Positions 29,033 to 38,341 of a stretch of DNA of 64,000 nucleotides are shown piece after piece (positions within the stretch are counted from its first letter, which is position 1; each line of letters opens with the position of its first letter). The position numbers were made by a program, and so were the translations under genes. Under the pieces are notes generated by a model, which saw nothing but the letters and a program-made list of their open reading frames with translations, did not search any database and was not told the origin of the DNA. Origin of the DNA: Acholeplasmataceae bacterium (GTDB lineage: Bacteria; Bacillota_I; Bacilli_A; Acholeplasmatales; Acholeplasmataceae); the NCBI GenBank assembly GCA_963675245.1, contig OY775910.1, positions 864,001 to 928,000 on the forward strand, given 5' to 3'.

Positions 29033-30241
29033 CTAACTATCTTTAATCTTGCTTGCTTTCAATGTCTCACAAAATTGAATGGTTGAAAATATATCTTTAT
29101 TATCTAAATAATTATAAATAGTTATAATCGATTGAATATCTTTTTTATCAGTCATGCCTGTATAAGTTATAATTGCTTGTCTTAAGTCAGACTTAGCATC
29201 ATGATAAACAGATTGACTGGATAAGTCATCTTCCTGCTTAAAGAGTAATGCGCCAGCTATACCAATCAATAAAAATGAATAAGGGACCTGATGCTTTTTA
29301 CAGAGATTTATTGAACCTGTGATACGATCATTTGGTGCAAGTTTTCTTTTTGGATCCCTGCCAACCCTAGCAATAGTATCTTTTAACTTATGATTATTAA
29401 AACGGTAAATCAATCGATCATAAAATTGAATCAATTCCTTTAATGGAAAATCACCAGCAGAAATAGCTTGAGCGGATTCTATACCACATGAATAGGTACA
29501 GTACTTAATCTCTGAGTCATTGATTGCCTCATGAATATATTGATAACCCTTTAGTGCACCTAAATATGCGGTAACGGCATGACCCATGTTATGCATAAAC
29601 AATTTTCTTTGAATATATGCTTCAAAAGGTGCATAAGCAATCATGTTTCTAATTTTTGGTATATCGCCAACATAACCATCTTTATCAGTATGTAGAATTT
29701 CAAATTCTTCGACCGTAATATCTGTTGGGTATTTTTGTTCTGACATCACCGGAACCATTCTTCCTATTGATGCTTCAACCAAACCAACTTTAGATAATAT
29801 ATGTTTTGCATCAGATTTTAGTTCTATTGATAACAAATCTTTCATATATGTATTAACATACATGAGATTCTCGCATAGTAAAATATTAAGGACATTTTTC
29901 TTATCTTTATCTCTTAACAATAAACCTTTTGCGATAAGCGGTGTTATATATTTAATAATATTCGCACCAACAGCAGTAGCCATAATATCGCAATCTGCAA
30001 TTTTCTTAATGGCTTGCTCCTCGTTGGTTATTGTATTAATAGCACGAATGTTTTTGATAGTTATTTGGTTTGTTTGATGGTTTGAAACAGTGGTAACTGT
30101 ATATTGCTTATCTTTATTTAATGTATTAATGATCGCATCATTAATGTCTAAAAAGATAACTTCATAACCAGACTGTGATAATAACTGACCAATGAAACCT
30201 CTACCTATATTTCCTGCACCATACATCACGGCTTTTTTCAT
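29033..30241 (-). CDS. mtlD: Mannitol-1-phosphate 5-dehydrogenase family protein
   Basis: GAGNIGRGFIG, TAVG, CEN, GRMVP, RKLFMHNMGHA and RVGRDPKRKL. Confidence 0.8.
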   Translation of the reverse strand: MKKAVMYGAGNIGRGFIGQLLSQSGYEVIFLDINDAIINTLNKDKQYTVTTVSNHQTNQITIKNIRAINTITNEEQAIKKIADCDIMATAVGANIIKYITPLIAKGLLLRDKDKKNVLNILLCENLMYVNTYMKDLLSIELKSDAKHILSKVGLVEASIGRMVPVMSEQKYPTDITVEEFEILHTDKDGYVGDIPKIRNMIAYAPFEAYIQRKLFMHNMGHAVTAYLGALKGYQYIHEAINDSEIKYCTYSCGIESAQAISAGDFPLKELIQFYDRLIYRFNNHKLKDTIARVGRDPKRKLAPNDRITGSINLCKKHQVPYSFLLIGIAGALLFKQEDDLSSQSVYHDAKSDLRQAIITYTGMTDKKDIQSIITIYNYLDNKDIFSTIQFCETLKASKIKDS

Positions 30242-30262
30242 ATATACCTTTCAACTAAACAA

Positions 30263-32731
30263 TTAGACACCTTTTTTGGCTTTCCTTAATTGTTCAGCCA
30301 CAGAATTGTTTTGTTTACTGACATGTCCTTTTAAAGGTAGAATCTTATCATTGATAGCGTCGATAATCCAATCTGCTTGAGGGAAGAAGGTAGCATCAAA
30401 TTCATACGGTGGTGTTATCCAATTCTTTGCACCTACAACAACTGGTGGACCATCTAAATAATCAAATGCCATTTCTGAAATGTTTCTTGCAAAATCATTT
30501 AAGATGGAACCTCTTGCACACGCATCACTTGCTAAAACAATTCGCCCTGTTTTTTTAACAGATTCAATGACTTGTTCATAATTAAAAGGAACGATACTTC
30601 TAGCATCAATCACTTCAGCAGAAACACCATATGTTTCTTCTAATTGTTTAGCCGCTTCCATCGCGTGATATAAGGTTGCACCAATGGTTAAGATTGTGAC
30701 ATCGGAACCTACACGTTTAATGTTTGGTTCACCAAGTGCAATTTCATAATATTCTTCTGGCACACCTGAATCAACAAACTCCTCGCCTTTGTCATATATT
30801 CTTTGTGACTCAAAGAAGACCACTGGATCAGTACCATTGAGTGCGGCATTCATCATACCTTTTGCATCATATGGAGTCACAGGAAATGCTACTTTTAATC
30901 CAGGTACATGAGCCGGTAGCGCTACCCAGTCTTGAGAATGTTGGGCACCATATTTAGAACCAATAGATACTCTTAAAATGACAGGCATCTTTAAGACACC
31001 ACTACTCATCGCTTGCCATTTAGCAAGTTGGTTAAATATTTCATCACCTGCACGTCCCATAAAGTCGGCATACATCAGTTCAATGATGACACGACCACCA
31101 CTTAATCCATAACCAACAGCAGTTGAGACAATCGCTGCTTCAGATATTGGACTATTGAATAATCTATGATAAGGAAGTGCTTCAGTTAAACCTCTGTAAA
31201 CAGCGAATGCGCCACCCCAGTCTCTCACATCTTCACCATAGGAAATCAGTGTTGGATCTTTATAGAAACGGTCGATAATCGCTTCAAAAAGACCATCTCT
31301 GATATTGTATTGTTTTATTTTAGGAATCAATTTACCTTGTTCATCATACGCATAACGAACACGTGATTTAAGTAATTTAACACGGGGGTTTTCTTCATAT
31401 GGTAATAAGAAATCACCTTTTCTAGTAGTGTCAAAAGATTCAACAGCACCATTGCTAAACATAAGTGATTCTACGTAATGAGGATTTTGATCTAAATCAA
31501 GATATGGTGATTTTTCAATATCAGAAGCGACTAAGAATAAGCGATACATTCTATCTTTAACGGCATTTAGGATATCTTCAAATTCACTATCTTTTGCAAT
31601 TTTAGCATCTACAAGTTCTTTTCTAAATGTAATCAGTGGATCGATTGCTTCCCACGCATCAATTTCTTCCTTTGTACGATAACTCATCGCGTCTGATGGT
31701 GAATGTCCACCAAATCGATAAGTGACGACATCTAAGAAAACAGGTCCTTTACCTTCTTTGATAATTTCCATTTTACGTTTATAAGCATCAATCACTGCTA
31801 ACACATTAAACCCATTGATGCGTTCTGTGTGTAATTGGGTTGGACTAATTCCTGCACCAAGTCGAGCAACGAAATCATTAGCCATCGTTTCGCCTCTGGT
31901 TTGACCACCCATACCATATCCGTTATTAAATATATTAAAGATGATTGGAAGACCACTTTGTTCATCCCATAGTTGTGTGAATTGATCCATTGCTGCAAAG
32001 TTAAGTGATTCATAAACGACACCACAACCAAGTGAACCATCACCGACATTAGCGATGACAACGCCATTTTTATGATTAACTCTTTTAAATAGGGCAGCAC
32101 CTGTAGCAATTGGCGCAGAACCACCAACGATTGCGTTATTTGGGTAAATACCAAAAGGTTGGAAGAAGACATGCATACTACCACCCATACCTTTATGGAA
32201 TCCTGTTCTTTTTGCAAAGATTTCAGCTAATGTACCATACAATAAAAAATCAATAGCAAGATCTTTTGAACTCGCATCAGGACTTTCATGTTTAACAACG
32301 TGATATGTTTCCCCATCTTCATAGTTGACCATGATGTCATTCAATGCAGATTCATCTAGTTTATGGATAGAGACTAAACCCCTCGCAAGTACTTCACTAT
32401 GACTTCGATGTGAACCAAATGTTAAATCGTCTTTTTCAAGTAGATAGGCTTGACCAACAGAAGCAGCTTCTTGCCCCATTGATAAATGAGCTGGTCCAGG
32501 ATAAGTAAATTTAAATCCATTGTACTCACCTTTAACTTTAATCGAATAGAGCATACTTTCAAATTCTCTTAATGTTGCCATATCGTGAAACATTCTTAGG
32601 AAATCAGCTTTACTAAATTGTTCTTTTTCATCATTAACAGTCTTATCATAGACGTTTACTGGAATATCTTCGAATGTGATTTTACCTTTTTTTAGCACCT
32701 CTTCAGGATGTATAAATAATGATTTTGGCAT
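30263..32731 (-). CDS. ThDP-dependent 2-oxoacid/acetoin dehydrogenase E1, fused alpha and beta subunits
   Basis: Alpha: HLSMGQEA, HRSH, GGSMH, GDG...NN and YRFGGHS. Beta: GEDV, PISE and GAQHSQ. Confidence 0.9.
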   Translation of the reverse strand: MPKSLFIHPEEVLKKGKITFEDIPVNVYDKTVNDEKEQFSKADFLRMFHDMATLREFESMLYSIKVKGEYNGFKFTYPGPAHLSMGQEAASVGQAYLLEKDDLTFGSHRSHSEVLARGLVSIHKLDESALNDIMVNYEDGETYHVVKHESPDASSKDLAIDFLLYGTLAEIFAKRTGFHKGMGGSMHVFFQPFGIYPNNAIVGGSAPIATGAALFKRVNHKNGVVIANVGDGSLGCGVVYESLNFAAMDQFTQLWDEQSGLPIIFNIFNNGYGMGGQTRGETMANDFVARLGAGISPTQLHTERINGFNVLAVIDAYKRKMEIIKEGKGPVFLDVVTYRFGGHSPSDAMSYRTKEEIDAWEAIDPLITFRKELVDAKIAKDSEFEDILNAVKDRMYRLFLVASDIEKSPYLDLDQNPHYVESLMFSNGAVESFDTTRKGDFLLPYEENPRVKLLKSRVRYAYDEQGKLIPKIKQYNIRDGLFEAIIDRFYKDPTLISYGEDVRDWGGAFAVYRGLTEALPYHRLFNSPISEAAIVSTAVGYGLSGGRVIIELMYADFMGRAGDEIFNQLAKWQAMSSGVLKMPVILRVSIGSKYGAQHSQDWVALPAHVPGLKVAFPVTPYDAKGMMNAALNGTDPVVFFESQRIYDKGEEFVDSGVPEEYYEIALGEPNIKRVGSDVTILTIGATLYHAMEAAKQLEETYGVSAEVIDARSIVPFNYEQVIESVKKTGRIVLASDACARGSILNDFARNISEMAFDYLDGPPVVVGAKNWITPPYEFDATFFPQADWIIDAINDKILPLKGHVSKQNNSVAEQLRKAKKGV

Positions 32732-32742
32732 TGTAATTCCTC

Positions 32743-34113
32743 CTATATATGAAATAAAGCATCTTTAACAAGCTCACCAACTGTTGGATGAGGATAGATG
32801 ATTCGTTTCATTTCTTCAATATTAATTTCAAGGTGCATCATCGCACTCAAGAAAAGTGAAATTTCACTTGCATAAAGCGAAAGCATATGCGCACCAAGTA
32901 GGGTGTTTCTTTTTTGATCAACCACGAGTTTAACAAAACCGTCGTGGTCATTTGATTCAGCTAAATGTCTTCCGGAATAAGAGACAGGTAAAGAAATGAC
33001 TTTAACATCATATCCTTTTTCTTTAGCGACCAACTCCGTATAACCAATACTACATACTTCAGGAGAAGTATATATCACAGATGGTATCTTATCGTAATTG
33101 ATAACGTCTTTTTTACCTAGAAGGGTGTTGATACAAACTTCAGCTTCTTTATATGCTGTATGAGCTAACATGACTTTACCGTTAACATCACCAATCGCAT
33201 ACACGTTCGCAACATTTGTCTTTGTTTGATCATCTGTGATGATTGAACCATTTTTACGTGTGTCAATATATAGGTTTTCTAATCCAAGTTCACTTGTACT
33301 TGCACGTCTACCAACAGATAATAATGCGTAATCAAAGGTGACTGATTCTTCTTGATTGTCTTGGACATACGTCAGTTCTTTTTCAGATACCTTGGTTACT
33401 TTCGCATTTAATTTAAATGTGATGCCTTGTGATTCTAATACTTTTTTAAGTGCTTTTGAAATATCTAGATCAAGTGGTCCGCCAATGGTTGGTAACATTT
33501 CAACTACAGTTACTTTACTCCCTATTTGGGCAAAGTAAGTTGCCATTTCAAGACCAATAACTCCTCCACCAATCACAGTCAGATTTTTAGGAATATCGGT
33601 TAAATCTAATATTTCTCTACTTGTTAAAATCGAACCTTTTTTAATGGCTTCAGCCAATCCTTCGATGGGTGGAATCACCGGTGAAGAACCACTAGCAATA
33701 ATCAGTTTAGTTGAGACATAAATATCACTACCCACTTGGACTTTAAAGCCTTCATTATCTTTTTTAAGAATAGTAGCTAAACCTGAGACAACTGTAACCT
33801 TAGCTGTTTTCAATGTATATCCAACACCAGCAACAAGTGTTTTAACAATGTTGTTTTTACGTTGAACAACTTCCTTTTGATTATAAGTTACATCATTTGC
33901 ATAAACACCATAACTTTCGCCATGCTTTGCATAACGGAAGTGCTTTGCGCTATTTAATAATGCTTTACTTGGAATGCAACCTTCATTCAAACACACGCCA
34001 CCAAGTTTATGCTTCTCGATAACTAATGTTTTTAAACCAGCTTTACCAGCAAGGTCTGCAGCATGATAACCACCAGGACCACCACCGATAATGATTAAAT
34101 CGTAATTATTCAT
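32743..34113 (-). CDS. lpdA: Dihydrolipoyl dehydrogenase (E3)
   Basis: GGGPGGY, GGVCLNEGCIPSK, MLAH and HPTVGE. Confidence 0.95.
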   Translation of the reverse strand: MNNYDLIIIGGGPGGYHAADLAGKAGLKTLVIEKHKLGGVCLNEGCIPSKALLNSAKHFRYAKHGESYGVYANDVTYNQKEVVQRKNNIVKTLVAGVGYTLKTAKVTVVSGLATILKKDNEGFKVQVGSDIYVSTKLIIASGSSPVIPPIEGLAEAIKKGSILTSREILDLTDIPKNLTVIGGGVIGLEMATYFAQIGSKVTVVEMLPTIGGPLDLDISKALKKVLESQGITFKLNAKVTKVSEKELTYVQDNQEESVTFDYALLSVGRRASTSELGLENLYIDTRKNGSIITDDQTKTNVANVYAIGDVNGKVMLAHTAYKEAEVCINTLLGKKDVINYDKIPSVIYTSPEVCSIGYTELVAKEKGYDVKVISLPVSYSGRHLAESNDHDGFVKLVVDQKRNTLLGAHMLSLYASEISLFLSAMMHLEINIEEMKRIIYPHPTVGELVKDALFHI

Positions 34114-34123
34114 GATAAACTCC

Positions 34124-35350
34124 TTATTTTAAACCTTTAGGGTCACTATCGATATGTTTAGAAAATGCTTGTAGATATTCTTTTAAGTCTTTTAAAAATC
34201 TAGAAGCACCAGCACCGTCAAGTACTTGATGATCATATGTGAGTGATAATCCCATTGCTTGATAGAATACAAAGCGACCGTGTTCATCGGTTTTAACTTT
34301 TGTTGAAATAGTATTGACACCTAAAATACCAGTTTGAGGTGGGTTAATAATTGGAGTGAAGTGTTCAATATCCAACGTCCCAAGATTTGAAATTGTAAAT
34401 GATGCATTCGTTAATAAATCGGGATTAATATTGCCAGCGATACATTGAGAAAAGAGTGATTTTGCTTGATTGGAAATATCAACAAGACTCAATGTGTCAG
34501 CATATTGCAACGTCGGTACCATAAGACCTCTTGGTGTATCGGTAGCAATCCCCATATGAACATGTTCGAAAACACGTAATTCACCATTAACGAAGTGTGC
34601 ATTTAAATCCATATGTTTCTTTAAGACTCTAGATACAGCATAAATCATAATATCGTTAAATGTGATTCTAGGTAATGATTGTTGTTCTGATATCCTTTTA
34701 AGTTCTTTTCGATAACTAAATATATCAGTCGCGTCAAATGATAAAGAGTGTGTGAGCTGTGCCGTATTTTGCAAGCTCTTCATCATCGTCTTACCAATAA
34801 TCTTACGCATATTAGAAAGTGATTTAACGGTATAGTCTTGTGTGCCACTTACTTGAACAACTGCAGTACCAACATTTTCAAGAGATACATCACGGTCAAT
34901 CACACGTCCACCTGGACCACTACCTTTGATCGTTTGAATATCTATGTTTTGTTTTTGTGCTTTAACTTTTGCACGAGGACTTGCGAAATGTTCACTTGAG
35001 GAATCTGATTCAACGATGTCTTCAACTTGAATAGACGCAGATGCTTTAGGTTGATCAACTTGAGAAGCCTCCTCGTTAGAAGAAGTAGGTGAGTCAACAT
35101 CGATTTTTTCACCTGGTTCACCAATATAACAAACAGGGGTTAAGACATCGACAATTTCACCTTCTTTGTATAGTAACTTTAAAACAGTGCCTTCAACTTC
35201 TGATGGAAAATCAAAAACTGCTTTATCTGTTTCGTAGCTAAAAAGAATCGTACCGACTTCAATGTTATCATTTTCTTTCACGTGCCAAGCGCTTAAAAAA
35301 CAGCTCTCAACGGTATTACCTTGTTTTGGCATTAATACTGGATTTGCCAT
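34124..35350 (-). CDS. Dihydrolipoamide acyltransferase (E2)
   Basis: Lipoyl domain ETDKA, subunit-binding domain ASPRA...GSGPGGRV, TISNLG and DHQVLDG. Confidence 0.92.
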   Translation of the reverse strand: MANPVLMPKQGNTVESCFLSAWHVKENDNIEVGTILFSYETDKAVFDFPSEVEGTVLKLLYKEGEIVDVLTPVCYIGEPGEKIDVDSPTSSNEEASQVDQPKASASIQVEDIVESDSSSEHFASPRAKVKAQKQNIDIQTIKGSGPGGRVIDRDVSLENVGTAVVQVSGTQDYTVKSLSNMRKIIGKTMMKSLQNTAQLTHSLSFDATDIFSYRKELKRISEQQSLPRITFNDIMIYAVSRVLKKHMDLNAHFVNGELRVFEHVHMGIATDTPRGLMVPTLQYADTLSLVDISNQAKSLFSQCIAGNINPDLLTNASFTISNLGTLDIEHFTPIINPPQTGILGVNTISTKVKTDEHGRFVFYQAMGLSLTYDHQVLDGAGASRFLKDLKEYLQAFSKHIDSDPKGLK

Positions 35351-35352
35351 AA

Positions 35353-36621
35353 TTACACCTCAATCTTTTTTCCGTGTTTAAGTAAATAAGATTCTGCTTC
35401 AACACTCCATAAACCATCATGACGATCACAAATGTTTGCAAGCTCAGCAAAAAGCGGATCGTTTTCGCCAAGTTTTCTAAAATCACTAATATCTGTCATA
35501 GGCATAGAAATATGTGTATAAACTAATTTTTTAGCACCAGGGATTTGTGGCAAATTGAGTGTCGTATCAATCACTGAATCAAGACCACCTACATGAGAAA
35601 TCATAATTTCTGGATGTAGTCTTCCTTTCGCAAACATATCTAGCACTTCTTTCATATCATTCGTGTTACCACCAGAAGTTCCGGTTAAGCGATGTCCTTC
35701 GTAATGTAATTTATAAAAATTAAAGTTTGCTGAAAAGTTAGGATCACTTGGGCCGGCAAAGAAATTTAGACAACCCATTTTAGCCAACAATTGGTTAGCT
35801 TGCTCGACTAAAAATTTTACTGGTGCGAATACAAAAACATCATCATACCCTTCTCCTTGATTAAACGCTTTTAATTGTTCAACTGGATTGTCAAAAGAAC
35901 TTGTATTTATATAGCGTAATTCAATACCTTTTTCTTTAGCGTCACTTGGTCTAACTAATGCTGCTGCTCGATCTAATCTTTCTTGATTAACATCTGTAAC
36001 GACAAGCAGACGAGGTGTAATGTCACGATTTACTGCATAAGCGATTGCCGCTAACCCCATTGGACCACCACCAGCAATAATAATCATGGCACCATCTTTT
36101 TTGATATCCATTTCATGCATATGTGTATCAAAGTTGGATCTAAAGTTTTCATGGAATGCACCTGCAACACATGAAAATGGTTCAGCTAAAGATCCCGAAA
36201 AATAACCTTCACCCTCATATGGCAATAAACATTCCTGAATCATGACCACTTCAGGAATGACAATATAAGTCGCATCTCCACCAATATATTCAAAAGAATA
36301 GCCTGGGGCATCTAAACTGCCTTTATAGTTTAAAGCTGGTTGAATAGAATATTTGTCACCAGGTTTGTATTGTTCTTTCCATTTGTCACCTACTTCGATA
36401 AGTTCTAGACAAAACTCATGACCGATAATCGTAGGATGAGTAGAGATATTATTTGGTACGCGTTTATGATCTTCTCCTTGATTAGCAGCTTTATAAGAAG
36501 ACATGCAGATGCTATCTGAAATAACTTTAGCAAGTATTTCAGTTGTCTTTATGTCTGGTAAATCAAATGTTTCTAATCGTAAATCTTTTTTTCCATAAAT
36601 TCTTACAGCAGTAGTTTTCAT
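35353..36621 (-). CDS. sorE: L-sorbose-1-phosphate reductase-like Zn-binding dehydrogenase
   Basis: SDSICMSSYKA...HKRVP...GHE, IQPAL, GGGPMG, NFFAGP and GTSGG are SorE-family features. GAGGT RBS supports start 36621. Confidence 0.75.
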   Translation of the reverse strand: MKTTAVRIYGKKDLRLETFDLPDIKTTEILAKVISDSICMSSYKAANQGEDHKRVPNNISTHPTIIGHEFCLELIEVGDKWKEQYKPGDKYSIQPALNYKGSLDAPGYSFEYIGGDATYIVIPEVVMIQECLLPYEGEGYFSGSLAEPFSCVAGAFHENFRSNFDTHMHEMDIKKDGAMIIIAGGGPMGLAAIAYAVNRDITPRLLVVTDVNQERLDRAAALVRPSDAKEKGIELRYINTSSFDNPVEQLKAFNQGEGYDDVFVFAPVKFLVEQANQLLAKMGCLNFFAGPSDPNFSANFNFYKLHYEGHRLTGTSGGNTNDMKEVLDMFAKGRLHPEIMISHVGGLDSVIDTTLNLPQIPGAKKLVYTHISMPMTDISDFRKLGENDPLFAELANICDRHDGLWSVEAESYLLKHGKKIEV

Positions 36622-36730
36622 ATTAGTTACCTCGCAGTATTCTAGTTTATCACAATAGTATTTTACTATAACAATCAAAAAAATGTTTATAATGTTCAAT
36701 TCGTTGTAAAATCATCTTTTTAATGATAAA

Positions 36731-36760
36731 ATAAAATCATAAATAAACATAAACGATCAT
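36731..36760. promoter_or_regulatory. Three imperfect 10-bp direct repeats in the sorE/deoR divergent region, putative DeoR operator
   Basis: ataaaatcat aaataaacat aaacgatcat; read on the minus strand these are ATGAT/ATGTT-core repeats. Confidence 0.4.
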
Positions 36761-36774
36761 ATGGAGGAGTTATT

Positions 36775-37536
36775 GTGTCATATTTGGAAAGACAAGATGA
36801 TATATTGAATATTTTATCCAATGAAAAAGTAGTAAGTGTCCAGAAATTATCTGCAACATTATATGTCAGTGAAGCTACCATAAGAAGAGATTTGATCCGA
36901 ATGGATAATTTAGGATTAATTAGACGCACACATGGTGGCGCGATGATTGCTAAAAATACGGCACAAGAATCATCGTTCGCGATGCGTGAAGTAGAAAACC
37001 TATCTGCAAAAAAATTATTATGTTCACTGGCGTTAGCACACATCACTGATCACAGTGTGATTTATATGGATAGTAGTTCAACAGTGATGCCAATCATTCC
37101 TATGCTTCAAAGATTTCAACATTTAACAGTAATTACACACGGCATCAGAACAGCACTTCTTTTATCGAACCTCGAAAATGTAGAGGTTTATGTGGCCGGT
37201 GGAAGATTAGGAAATTTTTCAAACTCAATTTTGGGACAATCCGTTATTGAGTTTTATGATCAGATTAATGCTGACATTGCATTATTGTCATGTAGTGGCA
37301 TTGATGAAAAGGGAGATATTACAGATAACAGCATGGAACAAGCAAAAATTAAAAAGCAGATTGTAGATAAAAGTAAAAAGGTCATTATGTTGGCCGATCA
37401 AACGAAATTTGGTAAAACATTTATGAATACAACTTTCCAACTACAAGATGTTGATATATTTATCACAGATAAAGATATGCCTGAAACATTTATAGAAGTC
37501 TTTAATCAGTATGAAGGAGAAGTGATTAAACCATAA
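36775..37536 (+). CDS. DeoR/GlpR family transcriptional regulator
   Basis: VSEATIRRDL...RTHGGA HTH plus DeoRC sensor domain (DSSST, LADQTKFG). Confidence 0.93.
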   Translation: MSYLERQDDILNILSNEKVVSVQKLSATLYVSEATIRRDLIRMDNLGLIRRTHGGAMIAKNTAQESSFAMREVENLSAKKLLCSLALAHITDHSVIYMDSSSTVMPIIPMLQRFQHLTVITHGIRTALLLSNLENVEVYVAGGRLGNFSNSILGQSVIEFYDQINADIALLSCSGIDEKGDITDNSMEQAKIKKQIVDKSKKVIMLADQTKFGKTFMNTTFQLQDVDIFITDKDMPETFIEVFNQYEGEVIKP

Positions 37537-37563
37537 AAAAAGGAACTTTTCGTTCCTTTTTTT
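37535..37563. terminator. Bidirectional intrinsic terminator
   Basis: AAAAAAAGGAAC-ttttc-GTTCCTTTTTTT. Confidence 0.8.
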
Positions 37564-38341
37564 AATGCATTATTTGTCCACCTGTGACATTGATTGCTTG
37601 ACCAGTCATGTAGCTTGAGAGATCTGAAGCCAAGAAGACGACCATGTTTTCAATGTCTTCATATTCACAACTGCGTTTGAGTGGGACTTGATTGATATAT
37701 TTTTCTCTAATCTTTTCTTCAGTGGTATGTTGGTTTTGAGCATATTGTTTAAACAAGCTATTCACCCAGAGTGGTGAATTCAAAAGATTACCAGGACAGA
37801 TACTGTTAACTCTAACGTTAAACTCAGCAAACTCTTTAGCTAGACTTTGAGTTAAACCGATACCACCAAACTTACTTGCTGCATATGCACCATTTTTATA
37901 AGAACCCACCTTGCCAGATTTACTATTAATTTGGATGATAGAGCCTTTGCGGTTTTCAATCATCATCGGTGCGAATGCTTTAACAGTATTGAAATAGCCA
38001 TTTAGGTTGACATCAATAACCTTTTTAAAATGAGCAGAAGAAAGCGTGTTAATATCTCCACTTAATAAAATGCCAGCATTTGATACGAGAATATCAACTC
38101 GACCAAATTTAGATTTAACATCATTCGCAACACTCTCACATTGTTCATAGTTTGTGATATCAAGCGCATATGGATATGCATTCTCTATATCAGAACAAAC
38201 TTTTTTTACACCTTCATAGTTGATATCACAAGCGATGACAGTACAACCTTCATTTGATAATCTAAGTGCAATTGCTTCACCTAAACCTTGTGATACGCCA
38301 GTGACAACAGCGACTTTGTCTTTCAAATTTATTTCACTCAT
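37562..38341 (-). CDS. srlD: Sorbitol-6-phosphate 2-dehydrogenase-like SDR
   Basis: SrlD signature IQINSKSGKVG...YAASKFGGIGLTQSLA, plus GNLLNSP and TGQAINVTGGQ. Confidence 0.85.
   Translation of the reverse strand: MSEINLKDKVAVVTGVSQGLGEAIALRLSNEGCTVIACDINYEGVKKVCSDIENAYPYALDITNYEQCESVANDVKSKFGRVDILVSNAGILLSGDINTLSSAHFKKVIDVNLNGYFNTVKAFAPMMIENRKGSIIQINSKSGKVGSYKNGAYAASKFGGIGLTQSLAKEFAEFNVRVNSICPGNLLNSPLWVNSLFKQYAQNQHTTEEKIREKYINQVPLKRSCEYEDIENMVVFLASDLSSYMTGQAINVTGGQIMH

Noticed and set aside
36622..36699. N-terminal extension of the SorE-like ORF, and the similar longest-ORF starts at 3829, 21536, 27464, 40945, 43601, 50129, 57367 and 62491
   Set aside because: Better RBS-supported starts lie downstream, and the extensions run through promoter, hairpin or upstream-gene sequence.
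29033..38341. Plain L-sorbose, sorbitol and mannitol utilisation cluster
   Set aside because: There is no PTS or polyol transporter in the window, and this reading does not explain the co-transcribed E1/E2/E3 complex, the PHP protein or the linkage to rhaBA. It is not formally excluded.
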